Shown one piece after another: positions 48,201 to 60,569 of a stretch of DNA of 64,000 bases. Origin of the DNA: Lytechinus pictus. Its lineage: Eukaryota. A model generated the notes under the pieces. That model made no database searches. It had not been told where the DNA came from and worked only from the letters and a program-made list of their open reading frames with translations. The stretch spans positions 26,972,001 through 27,036,000 of the forward strand of contig NC_087252.1 of assembly GCF_037042905.1 (NCBI RefSeq). Reading direction: 5' to 3'. Both the position numbers and the translations under genes were made by a program. Numbering within the stretch: the stretch's first letter is position 1; every line of letters starts with the position of its first letter.

Positions 48201-48639
48201 GATTCGAGTGTTGAATGCGATATCAACAATATAATCATTTTACACAGGGTATTTGTCACATTTGGTTACCCAAAGAATTAGATCACTCTATAGTTATTCA
48301 TAGTTCAGAATATGGGCCTAATGTGAAATTCAACCTTTTTACTGCTGAATTCTGGAATCCTTGTACAGAAACCACCTGGTGCCTGTTGGAAATGGATCAA
48401 AACAGAAACCTCAAGGAGTGCAAATTTCCCAGGGAAAATAACTTGCCTAATGATTGCAAATTAGCAATGTTCTTCTGAATGTCCCCATCGCCACTAGACT
48501 TGATGACATCCCCTGTCTGGAAGCAAGTTGTAACCATGGAGATATCAGAAGGCAGCATCTTCCTCAGCGAGAGTGAGAATGAGAAGTTTGCCTCACCTAG
48601 CAGCAAGATGGAGCCACAGCCGGACAGAAGAGATTGCAT
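40789..48639 (-). CDS. FDXACB1: ferredoxin-fold anticodon-binding domain-containing protein 1 (DUF2431/Bmt5-like methyltransferase fold + PheRS-like region + FDX-ACB), 715 aa
   Basis: Exons 48639-48447, 48071-47915, 45175-44972, 43006-42836, 42211-40789 join in frame (2148 nt). Motifs ILLLGEANFSFS, FGIDATKL, IIFNFPHVG, LCNGQGGTPADQPQRIWGNSWQVVAMAA, DIRLFWSADDR, SLHPPAYTHDISFW, YRLVYQSCDRALT match recalled FDXACB1. Confidence 0.92.
42836..43006 (-). CDS. FDXACB1: FDXACB1 coding exon 4
   Basis: atacag|...|gtaaca; SQSKGFLTQSSITHIFERS. Confidence 0.88.
43197..43352 (+). mobile_element. truncated tRNA-derived SINE (second family)
   Basis: A-box tggctcagttggtagagc, B-box deleted. Confidence 0.6.
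43355..44000 (-). repeat. degenerate tandem units homologous to the internal repeats of the 18500 element
   Basis: gttcattgacccta...ctttgaccttgatcatgtgac repeated ~4 times. Confidence 0.65.
44030..44696. mobile_element. piggyBac-like non-autonomous element
   Basis: TTAA|CCCT...AGGG|TTAA. Confidence 0.65.
44972..45175 (-). CDS. FDXACB1: FDXACB1 coding exon 3
   Basis: ctccag|...|gtacac; GQVFLTLCNGQGGTPADQPQRIWGNSWQVVAMAA...CTGYR. Confidence 0.9.
45287..46112. mobile_element. MITE (family also at ~23451-23729, ~32037-32291) with tandemly amplified right TIR
   Basis: Left end gggccctgtcttacaaagagttacgattgatcc; right end expanded into ~15 copies of a 39-bp unit. Confidence 0.8.
45500..46107. 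repeat. 39-bp minisatellite, ~15 copies
   Basis: Unit cagtgtgattgattggatcaatcgcaactctttgtaaga. Confidence 0.92.
47392..47803. mobile_element. MITE, same family as 2046-2437
   Basis: ggccaccgcacaccttacg ... cgtaaggtgtgcggtcgcc. Confidence 0.75.
47915..48071 (-). CDS. FDXACB1: FDXACB1 coding exon 2
   Basis: taacag|...|gtaatt; ACVVFGIDATKL...IIFNFPHVGGKGNIGRNRDLLKRFFE. Confidence 0.9.
48447..48639 (-). CDS. FDXACB1: FDXACB1 coding exon 1
   Basis: ATG at 48639, acceptor at 48660; MQSLLSGCGSILLLGEANFSFSLSL; donor AG|GCAAGT. Confidence 0.85.
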
Positions 48640-50274
48640 CTTTATAGTTCTCAGAATATCTGCATTTTGGACAATAATAAAAAAAAAATTACTTCTCACA
48701 CCGAATGGTAGGCCTATAGAATCTATTCAGGGCTGCCAAGGCCATGAATTTTAATGCCCCTTTTAATTGGCTTTGGAGATTTTTTTGTTCTCCCTTCTTA
48801 GTTTCATTGCCCATTGTGTTCTAATAGAAGTTTGCTCTATTAAACAGAAATCTTGTCCGAACATATATCAAAATTTAATGCATGGGATCAGCTTTTAGAG
48901 TTGGGTTGTCATTTCCAGCAAATCACCGACCATGTCTGTAGGAAACCAGCGGGGGGGGGGGGGGGGATGTGCCGCTGGAATGGGTTGCCTTTTTGGAAGA
49001 AATCCCTAAACATGGGTATGGGTTTATGCTGGAACATCCCTAAACATGGCCCCAACTTTAAGATACTGGCCTAAAACATGATAGGTCCATATTCTCCTCC
49101 AATGTCTTAGGTGCAAATATTCCTGCAAATCAGGGATCAAATTTGCCCGGTCAAAATGTTGGGAACCATCCGCTGTTTCATCAAAGTATATAATAAATCC
49201 TGTAAAATACAATTCGTTGCCTTTTCCCATTCAGCTCTCCCTTGAACGTGATAATTAAAAACAACCTGGAGCCAGAACAGCGTACGCATGAACATACTTC
49301 TGCTTAATCAATGAACAAAGAATCACACGGATGATCGCAACTTAGGCTATGAATTCTTAAACCCATCCTTAAACATGGGCCCCTTTTTGGATGAAACTCC
49401 CTAATGGTACCTTTTTAGCCAAAATGACCCTTAAATGTGGGTATGGTTTTGAGCCTTCAGCCGCACACCCCCGTCCAAACCAAATCTAAGTACCCCCCCC
49501 CCCCCCCGGGGGCAGGAACGCTTTCAGGTAGTTGACGAATACCATCATGTGATGCATGATGAAGTTCTTCTCATCTCCCCTTGCTCTTTGCCAGGCTTCC
49601 TGTCCTAGCATGTTCTGCAATCCTTTAAAATGTTATACTTAATTCATTTAAATCAGTCTAATGGATATCATTGAATCGGCCTAGATAAGTGTTTTATTGA
49701 TCAGTTATCATCTACATGCAAGTCATATTAATAACAATAATAATATAAAAAATTATAAAGCACTTTCATATGCGGAAGTTTCAAAGTGCTATAAGAAAGA
49801 AAAAAGAAGAATAGGGCCTATACGTAGAAGATATATCAGTAAAAGAACAACAAAGAAACTGAAAGTATGAACACATTACGAAAAATTAGTTATACATACA
49901 AATAAAGAGATAATCAGAGAATATATACAACTTGAAAATATTAAATGGGTCGATAATCATGTGTGTAAATTCAAATAGGGGTCTAGGCCTAAAGTTAATC
50001 CTAAAAATCAAGAACACACAAAAAAGTTAGTCTACACCACTCATTCAATGAACAAGGTTATGATATAACACTAGTCTACAGTACACTACACTACCGGTGG
50101 AAAAATTCTCTCAAAGGTCAGTTGGCCAGTGCCAAACTGCATTTAATAGCGCCAGTATTCCCTCAGAAAATTTCCTTTGAAAATAATCTTCGCCTTCAAG
50201 TTGAAATTCTTTATTTAAGCACACCCATCATCAGTTCACATGTCATGATTGTCGGGTGTTTCATATATCTTATG

Positions 50275-50924
50275 TATGATGGGGTGTCCAAACTTCGCGG
50301 ACTTTTCAAAAATATTCATCAGGCTTAAATTTGTTCACAAAATATTCATAATTTATACGAAACCAATTCAAGAAATAGTTACCACATTGACGGCAAGATC
50401 GTAAATTATAAAATCATGGACGAAAATGTAAAGTAGGTCAAGGGATTTCGCCGGTATCGCAATCTCAAAATTCTATTCCGATCGGCGAATGCGCGCTGTG
50501 CTGGAAAACCGTTCTGAAAAAGTGTGACCTAACTTCGCAGATCAAAGTTTTTGTGGAGATTTAAACAAAAACTCAAGATCAAAAAGTGACTCATTTATAT
50601 CAGATTGACGGCAAAATGCTATAGAATCGGTTAGTACCACATTTAACTCACATTTTTGATGATTTCTGCTTGCAAAATGGTGATATCGTAATGCTTGTTG
50701 AGAATATCAGATTTCTTCAAAACGGGCGCTAATGGTGACAAATTTGCCGATCTTTTGTCAATATTTTCATGAATACTGAACTCATCCTAAATAAACTTAC
50801 ACCAAAGGGTAATTTTAGGTTGCTTTTCATGTTGATGATGTCAGATTTTAAGGATATTTGCTAGTTTTTGAGATAATGACCGTCCGCGAAGTATGGACAT
50901 GCGCGAAGTTTGGACTCACTGCCA
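50275..50924. mobile_element. non-autonomous DNA transposon
   Basis: Inverted termini sharing gtccaaacttcgcg. Confidence 0.55.
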
Positions 50925-51292
50925 TATAGGCCCCCTACATCATATTGGTAATAATATCATTATGTGAGAAGTGAGATTTTTTTTTATTAATAGAGTCAAT
51001 GGCGACAATATTCAAATATGACTAATCGTCACTCAAACCAACATAAGAAGAAGAAGAAGTTCATTCATGATTCAGCGCGCGCGAACCATGACGTGAGCTA
51101 GAGGCCCCAGTTCGCGCCCCCGGTTCACCCCGGGGGCTGGCACAGCTCTCTGCTGTCAGTGTCAGTCCAGCAAAAATGCCAAAAGGGTGCTACTAGCGCG
51201 AGTTAGTTACGTTGTGCGATTGATTAGGAACTTTTTGGGGGTGGCAAAGACTCGATCGACTAAAGACATTTGGGCACGACATTTGTACTCAC

Positions 51293-51390
51293 TGTAAATC
51301 TAGACTTGGCTCTTTTGACCTTCGAAGATTCTTAATTAGCTCAAGATCAAATCAAGATACAATTTGTATCATTACGTTCCCTTCGTCCGG
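51293..51390 (-). promoter_or_regulatory. candidate non-coding first exon / TSS region of FDXACB1
   Basis: Minus-strand donor aca|gtgagt at 51292 inside a CpG-rich island (51070-51700); the ATG exon has an upstream acceptor, so a 5' exon is expected. Confidence 0.4.
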
Positions 51391-52142
51391 TGTAGCGGCG
51401 GATTCGGTTCCACCGGCGGATACCGTATCCGCCGGCAGATATCGTTCTTAATGGCCGATATCGTTTTTAATCGGAACCATATCCGCCGGGTTTGACGCGG
51501 CTTGATGTTTGCAGATTTGGTTCCTCGGCGGATTTGGTTCTATTGACGATACGTGTAATATTTATTTGGACAGACGTCCAACCTCGGCAGCGCGCGCATG
51601 CGCGGCTCTGGCAATGTCGTTACCAATGGGGGGAGGGGATTTTCGTCCGCCTTTAGACTTTTCGTGAATTTTTATTCAGGGGCGGATCCATACAGCTTTT
51701 GACGAAGGGCTCGATGGGGGTGAGGGAATAGGAGAAACAATGACTCGATATATCATGTATACATAGACCTGGCACATGCGCCAAAACTTTGCTATTTATT
51801 ATTATCAGATTTTGATGAAATTTTCAGTCCGCAGTATGCATCGATATCTTTAACTGTGCTTTTTCACACCATGATTAGTGTAAGTTTGCCAGACTGGCGA
51901 AAATTTGTACCCCCATATAGGCCTATGGTTTTTATAAAACTACAGATTTTCAACGAGTTAAAACTTCATAATTTCAAAATAAATGAGGCAAATTAGTTTA
52001 TGAATATATATTGCTGTTAACTCATATTATTGCTTGTAGAGTGCTAATTTTTTGTGAAAACATTTTTCAAACAAACATTTAAAGAAAGAATTTCAAAACA
52101 TGATTAATATCTTATGTAGTTTATTGTAGGCCTATTTTTAAT

Positions 52143-52173
<31 letters not shown>

Positions 52174-53592
52174 AATTCCTTTTTTTTCAATATTTTTCTT
52201 AAGGAATCTGAATTAAAGGGATGGTCCGGGCTGAAAATATTTATATCTTAATACATAGAGTAGAATTCACTGAGCAAAATGCAGAAAATTTCATCAAAAT
52301 CGGATAACAAATAATAAAGTTATTGAAGTTTAAAGTTAAGCAATATTTTGTGAAAACAGTCATAATGAATATTCATTAGTTGGGCTGATGATGTCACATC
52401 CCCATTTTCCGTTTTCTTATGTTATCACACAAAACCATATTTTTTTCATTTATTTCATACTTGTGTGAATAATATGTCTCCCTTATAATGAAATAAGTTG
52501 CAGCAATAAATATCTAATGCACTAAATCAGTTGTCAATCCAAATTTTCTAGTTCTTGGAGGAAAAAATTTGAATAAACCTAATTTCATATAATAAATTAC
52601 AAAAGAACAAGTGGAGATGTGACATCATCATTCCACCTAATGGATATTCATGACGTAACAGGCGGGGGGGGGGGAGTTGCCCCCTGGCGGATTTAACCAG
52701 GAATAAAAGAAAAACGGGAAAGGAAAAAAAAAGGAGGGAGAAAGAAAGGGAAAGGGGAATGAGGGGAAAAGGAAAGGAAAAAGTGAAAAGAAAACGAAGA
52801 AAAAAACCCTTTTTAATGGAAAAGGAAGGAAATCGGGAAAATGAACGAAAGAAGAACATTTGAGAAAGAACAAATAATTCCAAAACAGGCATATGTAATG
52901 TAATAGCACGGTGGGAAATAAATTAAAAGATGACAAAATGGCAAACAATAGCGCGAAACGAAGGTAAAATGCAATTAGTCAAAAGCTAATTTTTGGAAAA
53001 CAAAGAAAAGGGTAGGCTGCCTTCCTCTTCAATGCCTTGGAAATTATGTAATTAGAGTCCAAAAGGTAGCTCTCAATGAGAGCTACCTCTTCTTCGAACT
53101 TCATGATAACGTAATTTTATCGCGCGGTCTCATACCACGTGACGTCCCTGAAGACCACCTTACGGGGCCAACGTTGTGATAAGCTGGCGTCTCCACTAGA
53201 ACTTAGTTCCAACCTAATGCAAACTTAATCTCTGATTAACGTCAGTCTGAGTCTGTCCCTAATCATCAGAATAAAGGCAAAATGTTGAGGCTTTCCTCTT
53301 CAAGGCCTAATGTAACTAGAATCCGAAAGGTAGCTGGCTCTCAATTAGACTAAGGCTAACCCACCTCTTCTTCGAACTTCATTTTGCAACGTTATTCACG
53401 CGCGGTGCGCGTGCATGCATGACGTGTGAACGTGATGAATGAAGGATATCGCGATAGCGCAAGAACGATATCTTCCGAATCTTCCGAAGGGAGTGGCCTT
53501 TTTTGGTACTGAATCCGCCGGAGGAGAACCATATCCGCCGGCGGATTTGGTGCCTAGAACGGTATCTGCCAGGCGCAGGATCCGCCGGTACA
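51391..53592. mobile_element. Ginger-like non-autonomous DNA transposon (TGT...ACA, CCGG TSD) with nested inserts
   Basis: ccgg|tgtagcggcggat ... atccgccggtaca|ccgg; multiple subterminal cggcggat motifs at both ends. Confidence 0.55.
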
Positions 53593-53760
53593 CCGGCCGA
53601 CAGTACATGCACAGCTGTGCACATGTACATACTACGCGATGTGCCTGACCAGCGACCAATAACAAGACTAGACCTGAATTAAAGGGTATTCCCCATATAC
53701 TAATTACGTTATTAGTATATATCTCTATGGTATTCCCATAGTATCTCTGTGATATGAGTA

Positions 53761-54635
53761 GGGAAAGGCGGGGTAAGTTTTGCATTTTACATGTTAGAAT
53801 TGATATGACCAATAATATTGTAGAAATAAGTACCTTGCCTTTAAATTTGATTCTTGGGAAATATTTTTCACCTATATATAACTTTCTACCCCACACTAAA
53901 AGTCATTGTGACCTTTGAAAAGAACGATGTCAAATGGCTCAACTTGCCCCATCTGTGGGGTAAGTTGTGTCACCGGCCTTCTGCATGGGGTAAGTTGAGC
54001 CACAAAAACTATGTACAAAATGTATGCGGGAAGAACCAGCATACAATTAGGTCAATTTTTAATTAAAGTCTTTTCACTTGCTAATTCGCTATAAATACTA
54101 ACATCCTCTTAAAGTAAGAGAATGGTCAGAATTTGTTCCTTTCTGCCTGCATATCAACTGCTTTTTAAGTTTGTTTGTTTTTCTTATTATACATTACCAT
54201 AAAAATTACCATGGCTCAACTTGCCCCATGTTGGCTGGCTCAAAATACCCCATTTCGAACTTCATGCGATATTTTCACATCTATACATTTTTAAACATAT
54301 TTCTTATGCGTCCATCATGTAAAAGACCATGACAAGAATGAGAATCTATACCTGGACTAACAATATTGTTCTTATTTCTTTATATTCAAAGGCGTGTGTG
54401 GGTAAAAAGCAATGATCTATTTCACACCCTTTTTTACTTTTTTGGCTGAAATGTGTATTTTTCCCTCGAAAAATACTTTGTTTTAAAGTTGAAAACAATG
54501 TGGTGGGGTTAACCGTTAAGGGTTATGTACTGAATCATCAATACACGACACCACCATAATTTCTGACTCATTCATTATTGGTCTAGGGGGTGGTGGCTTA
54601 ACTTGCCCCTTTGCTCAACTTACCCCGCCTTCCCC
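53761..54635. mobile_element. TA-flanked DNA transposon remnant nested in a TTAA-flanked Kolobok-like element (~53683-55628)
   Basis: ta|gggaaaggcggggtaagtt ... aacttaccccgccttcccc|ta. Confidence 0.7.
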
Positions 54636-54987
54636 TACTCCAGGCTGAAAATAATATGATTTAAACAGATTTAGAAAAAATCAGGCAAACAAAAACACTG
54701 AAAATTTGATCAAAATTGAACAAGGAATAACAAAGTTATGACATTTTAAAGATTTGCATTACTCCGCGGTGAAACATTTCTACGCATTTGTTCATGTATA
54801 TTCAATGAGCACATTGATGATGTCACATCCCCACTTGCTCTTTTGTATTCTATTGTATGATATTAGGTTTATTCAAAATGTTTCCTTCAAGAACCTTAAA
54901 GTATTGGAATAGCAAATGATTAGTGCATAAGCTATTCATTGCTGCAACCTATTTCATTGCATGGGAGATATATCACTCACACATGTA

Positions 54988-55048
54988 CAGTGGCGTACCT
55001 AGGATTTTCCACAGGGGGGGGCAAAATCGGCCGCCCAAAAAATTGAAA

Positions 55049-55079
<31 letters not shown>

Positions 55080-55257
55080 GGTCTTCAAGCTCGTCAGGGG
55101 GGCAATAAAGGTCTTCAAGCTCGTCAGGGGGGCATTAAAGGTCTTTCAAGTTCGTCAGGGGGGCAGTGATATGTATTTTGTATGGGTTGTGGCTCGTCAG
55201 GGGGGGGGGGGGCAGAGTGCCCCCCCCTGCCCCCCCCCCTCCGTAGGTACGCTAGTG
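54988..55257 (+). mobile_element. hAT-like poly-G MITE copy 1, TSD cacatgta
   Basis: cagtggcgtaccta...taggtacgctagtg with perfect 8-bp TSD. Confidence 0.88.
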
Positions 55258-55785
55258 CACATGTATGAAAAAAAAAAAGAATTATGAATTCATGTAATAA
55301 CATTAAAAAAAGGAAAGTGGGGATGTGACATCATCAGCCCATCTAATGAATATTCATGAGGACGTGCATATAACTGTTTTCACAATATAGGGCCTATTCC
55401 TAAACTTTAAAACAAATTATTATTGTTAAAATCACTGATATATTTTTGTTTATGTTTTTTTATTAAATTGATTCAATAAAACACATTAAAAAAAAAGTTA
55501 CAAAGGAAGGAAAAAAAAAAAATTACAACAAATAACTTTGCTATTTGTTATCACATTTTGATGAAATTTTCAGCATTTTGCGCTGAGTTTACTCTATTTA
55601 GATATGAATATTTTCAGCCCGCAGCCCCTTAAGAAATTGGCACTTCCCATTGAGGTTATGATAGGCCCAGGCTGAGAAATCACCTGAAAGACATAGATAA
55701 TCTTGATGAGTAATTAAAAATGTATGAAGGATTCGGCATAATTATGGTCGTATCAGGCTGTCATCTTACTTTTATGACCCCCTAC

Positions 55786-56097
55786 CACTAGCGTACCTAA
55801 GGGGGGGGGGGCAGACTGCCCCCCTGACGAGTCACAACTCATGCAGGGGACGTATCCCTGCCCCCCCCCCTGACGAGTCACAACTGATACAGGGGACGTG
55901 CCCCTCTTTTGAGAAGCCAAATTAATTTTTTTGGTTGAAGACCTTTTTTTTTTGCTTGACAATTTTTTTTCTGCTAAGAAATCCTTTTTTGGGGGGTTGA
56001 AGACCTTTATTTTTTTTTTGCTTGTCAATTTTTTCGTGGACGAAATATCCTCAAAAAAAATTTGCCCCCCTTCTGGAAAATCCTAGGTACGCCAGTG
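55786..56097 (-). mobile_element. hAT-like poly-G MITE copy 2, TSD ccccctac
   Basis: Inverted copy with perfect 8-bp TSD. Confidence 0.88.
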
Positions 56098-56572
56098 CCC
56101 CCTACGTTGGCATATCTCCGTGCACGAGGGGACATGATCGAAATTACATACAAACTATATTTCACAGAGTCCAGGGTAGCATAAATAGGCCTACCAGATT
56201 TGGGTATATGTCGGTATATGTGCTCAATTATGATAACATTTCATAGATTATATATATTGAACTCGCCCCGCCTAACTGGGAAAACTGAAACGTGGTTTGT
56301 GTTAAAAATAGATAATTGCGAACATTTCACTTGATCACAAAATGTGGATATTAAGCAATGACGAAATACAATCTTAAAGCCTTATCATGTCTTGAAATTA
56401 GACGAAATGTTGTATAACATGCAGTTTCAAAATTGCAACATATTGGTTAGTTGCGTGCATTTAATTGCAGGATTCAACACGGAACAGACGTTTTCACAAG
56501 CGTATATAATATTGCAAATATTAATAATCCACACCAGATTGGTCGGATTGAGAAAATTTAATTCATTTCCAT

Positions 56573-56851
56573 CAGTGGCGTACCTAGGATTTTCCACAGG
56601 GGGGCAAAACCGTCCGCCAAAATATTTGACAAGCAAAAAAAAAAAAAAAGGTCTTCAATCACAAATAAAGGATTTCGTACAGAAAAAAAATTGACAAAAA
56701 AAAAAAAAAAAAAAAAGTATTCAAGCTCGTCGGGGGGGGGGGGGGGCAATAAAGGTCTTTCAAGCTCGTCAGGGGGGCAGGGATACGTCCTTTGCATGGG
56801 TTGTGGCTCGTCGGGGGGGGGGGCAGACTGCCCCCCGTAGGTACGCTAGTG
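56573..56851 (+). mobile_element. hAT-like poly-G MITE copy 3, TSD atttccat
   Basis: Perfect 8-bp TSD. Confidence 0.88.
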
Positions 56852-57292
56852 ATTTCCATTGATTTGATGTAAATATTATAATTTATTCTATACTTACATT
56901 TCTCTGTTCATTTGAAATTACCCAAGTTCACAACTTTTGCTAGCCTATGCATGCAATCGGTCCAAAACCACCCATTTTTTTCGAGACACTGGTACCTTTA
57001 TTTTCCCACTGACATGACTGAAGTATCCCTAAGGGTCAAGAAGGTCGAGATAGATTGATTTCTTAATGCTGAATCGATTACCTACATATTGATGTATAAT
57101 ACTATGTGACTGGTATAATAGTTTACGTCTCATTTTTTTTCTTGAACTCTGAGATCGAGGAGGCAGAAATTGGTATATTCCCCTGTAAACGTCACGTGAC
57201 TAGCATATGATAGTTTCCGTGCCGAAACCCTTTTTATTTTAACCAATTAATGCAGTCGAAAGAGAATCAATTCATGCATTTAATGTTGAGAG

Positions 57293-57506
57293 CAGTGGCG
57301 TACCTAGGATTTTCCACGGGGGGGGGGGGGGCAAAACCGTCCGCCAAAAAAAATTACAAGCAAAAAAGGTCTTCAAGCTCGTCAGGGGGGGGGGGGCAAT
57401 AAAGGTCTTCAAACTCGTCACGGGGGGCAAAAAAGGTATTTCAAGCTCGTCAGGGGGGGGGGGGCAGACTGCCCCCCCTGCCCCCCCCCCCGTAGGTACG
57501 CTAGTG
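57293..57506 (+). mobile_element. hAT-like poly-G MITE copy 4, TSD gttgagag
   Basis: Perfect 8-bp TSD. Confidence 0.88.
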
Positions 57507-58284
57507 GTTGAGAGTAACAATATGCTTGTACTATAACGCTTTGCCTACTTATATAGCTCCAGTGTGAGAAGGCCAATGTTTAAAGTTATATCGAGTCCAG
57601 AATTGGTTTTGCAATAGGGTCTGCGTAAGTATAATAAACTATAGCAGTCTAGCATCGTCCGCTACGTAAACTAAATGAGCCAATGCATGTGCTGACCCAA
57701 ACCATAGAGCTATTACATGGACCTACTATAGCTACTAGCTTGTAGGTCCATGCCCAAACTAACCATTATGAAATTTTGAATCAATATTTTACAAATATTC
57801 ACACACTTCCTCATTATAAAAAAGTTAAGATTAGTTTCAAGGAATATACACATTATTTTGTGATATTATGTGTCACGGTTGCGGCCACACGCGCCCAGTC
57901 GAGTAATTTCATATCATATTTCAATAAAAATTGCAACATTTATTTTTGCTTTCCCCCGTATAAGTTATCAATGTGCTGCTCATATCCGACCAGTGGCAGC
58001 GAAAAGTATATACTTATCATTACAAAAACATAATTCTTATATCTGGCCAGTAAGTCTGTTAGGTAGGAATCTTTTGTCTATACAATTTGCAAGAAAATTC
58101 AAATGAAACATAATAGTATGCGTGACATATTTTATCCCTGCGGTATCAAACGTGGCTTTACTGAATGAGATACATGACACTCCTTCGATTCCTTTTTACT
58201 TCCATGGATAAACAGTCAATAAATTGCCTAAATTGTCATAGTATGCGAAAGAGATAGGACCAGAGACTAAAATAATAGACCTTT

Positions 58285-58636
58285 AATAATAATAATAATA
58301 ATAATCCGCTTTTATATAGCGCTTAATACATCGGAACGACGTGTCTTAGCGATTTTTATTAACCCAGTCATTGGATTCAATCAGCCATTCCCGCACACAC
58401 TGACTGTGTGCACATCCTCCACTCCCTGGGGAGTATTCCAGTCAGTCGCCGGTGAGGCGCACACAGTATACTGGACAGGCTAATGACGTTTACATAATTA
58501 TAGCACCTGGGTCGAGAGTGGCAAAGTGTGGATTAACGCCTTGCCAAAGGACGCCAGACCGCGGTGAGATTCGAACAGACGGCCCCCTGTTTACAATTAG
58601 GTGAGAGTCAGAACCACTCTACACCACGGCTCCTCC
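58285..58636 (-). mobile_element. tRNA-derived SINE
   Basis: Minus-strand A/B boxes (gttcgaatctc), (TTA)n tail. Confidence 0.7.
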
Positions 58637-58674
58637 ACCTTTCAGACTTTGAATTTATTTCAAGTACAATTTAA

Positions 58675-59770
58675 AGGACAAGTCCACCCAACTAAAAGTT
58701 AAATTGAGTAAAAAGAGAAAATCTAACCAGCATAATGCTGAAAAATTCATCAAAATCGGATGTAAAATAAAAAGTTTCACGAAACAGTTATAATCTTTAT
58801 AATCTTATAATCTTTCTGGAACTCCCTTCCCTCATCCATTCTTGTTTCCCCTTCTCCAAATGTATTCAAACGAAGACTCAAATTATATCTGTTATCTCAT
58901 GATTTGGATTATTGATAATTTGACCAAATTCCTTACTTTGTATTTGTATTATACTTCAGTGTATTTGAATGTAATTATTTATGTATTTTAATGTTTTTCA
59001 ATTCTCTTCTCATTTTCCTTTCTAAAACATGTTTTTAATTCTTCAATTCTATGACTTTCTCTCGTAGGATTACTGCCTCGACAAAAACTTTTTTTTTTGC
59101 AGTATTCCTCAATTCCATCCTTTTCTTGATATATCTGTATCACTTTATTTAACATAAGCATGTTCACATGTATATCTTTATAATGTCTATTTTTGTTTTT
59201 ACAATCTGTTATTATGCCTACATGCATTTATCTGTACAAATTTTTTTTTTTTACGGAATTGAAATAAATTGAATTGAAATGAATTGAAAATTGAATTGAA
59301 AAATTATGCAAGCCTGGTCGGTATGCAAATGGGGGGGGGGGGGGGCGGATGACGTCACCACGTCACTCACTATTTATTTTGTATTTCATTATATGAAATA
59401 TTCAAATTTTCACATTGTCATTTGAAATTTAGTTTTATTCCTCCCTGAACATGTGGAACTAACATTGTTTTAACATTATTTTTGGTTCAGTCAATTTGGT
59501 CAAAAAAAAATTGTCAAATTTGTAAAGAAATGAAATCTTCAAACAATAAAAAACAAAATAAAAAGTGAGTATAAAGGGACATCATCGACTCTCTCATTTG
59601 CATATCACTGAGTTGTGCATATTACTGTTTCCCCCCAAATAAACGAAATTTAAAAATGTCATAACTTTCTTATTTTATATCCGATTTCGAAGATATTTTC
59701 TGCGTTATGCTTGTTTGATTTGTTCAGTCTATTGACCCAAATCAAAATTTTTCTGGAGTGGACTCGACCT
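58675..59770. mobile_element. Kolobok-like non-autonomous element
   Basis: TTAA|AGGACAAGTCCACCC ... GAGTGGACTCGACCT|TTAA. Confidence 0.7.
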
Positions 59771-59808
59771 TTAAATAGAGTAAATAACTCTTCATCATAT
59801 ATGGCGCG

Positions 59809-60026
59809 GGAGGCGCGATAGCTCAGTCGGTAGAGCGGGGGTTTCGGATTCCGGTGACCCGGGTTCGATTCCCAAGTGGTGCGCTAGTGCCCTTTGGTAA
59901 GGCATTTATCCTCATTACCAGGTCCCTCGGAGAGGACCTTAAGCCGTTGGTCCACTGGTTGCTTGCTCACAGCTGGCATTCGTGCTTTCTTAGCAGTCAG
60001 GTAAAACAACCTCGGTATAATAATAA
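59809..60026 (+). mobile_element. tRNA-derived SINE
   Basis: A-box tagctcagtcgg, B-box gggttcgattccc, continues into non-tRNA body and (AAT)n tail. Confidence 0.75.
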
Positions 60027-60569
60027 TATATTTCCCATAACTATAAATTCCTATGTGATATTAATTGGGTATAAACTCATCGGTGGACGGTGGTAAGCAA
60101 GATTTGGATGATATAAGCACTGTTATGGTAACTGATAAAACACGGGATCGAGCGTTCACTATCAGACGTTTTATCCGACCGTAGTAACCATATATTAGTA
60201 ACAGTGCTTTTCAGCCAATCAAAATCAATAAAAGATGTCAGATCTCACCATTTGTCGGACAAAAATGTTGATGAAATTAACGCTCCCCGGGATTTGTCGG
60301 ATAACACGTCAATCAAGTCCTTTTATGAAATGATTATCTGGTGAAATGCTTATGCTTATCAGAGAATTTCCTTTTTGCTACCTGAGCTTTCTCAAAATGT
60401 TCTCTATCCATATCCACGGACAAGCCATTATAAATATATGATCTACCCATTATTTTTTCCAGCTTATTATTGTATGCCTGTTCGGGAGACAGGGTGATTC
60501 TACAATTCAAAATACATACTATCTTTCTATCTTTCCGAAATTGGTAATTTTAAAATTCTCTACATGACA

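Noticed and set aside
53396..53896. 166-aa minus-strand ORF as a possible transposase
   Set aside because: Spans the junction of unrelated repeats and has no recognisable DDE or integrase motif.
59809..59885. tRNA gene
   Set aside because: A and B boxes are present but there is no clean acceptor stem, and it runs into a SINE body and tail. The same applies at 38652 and 43197.
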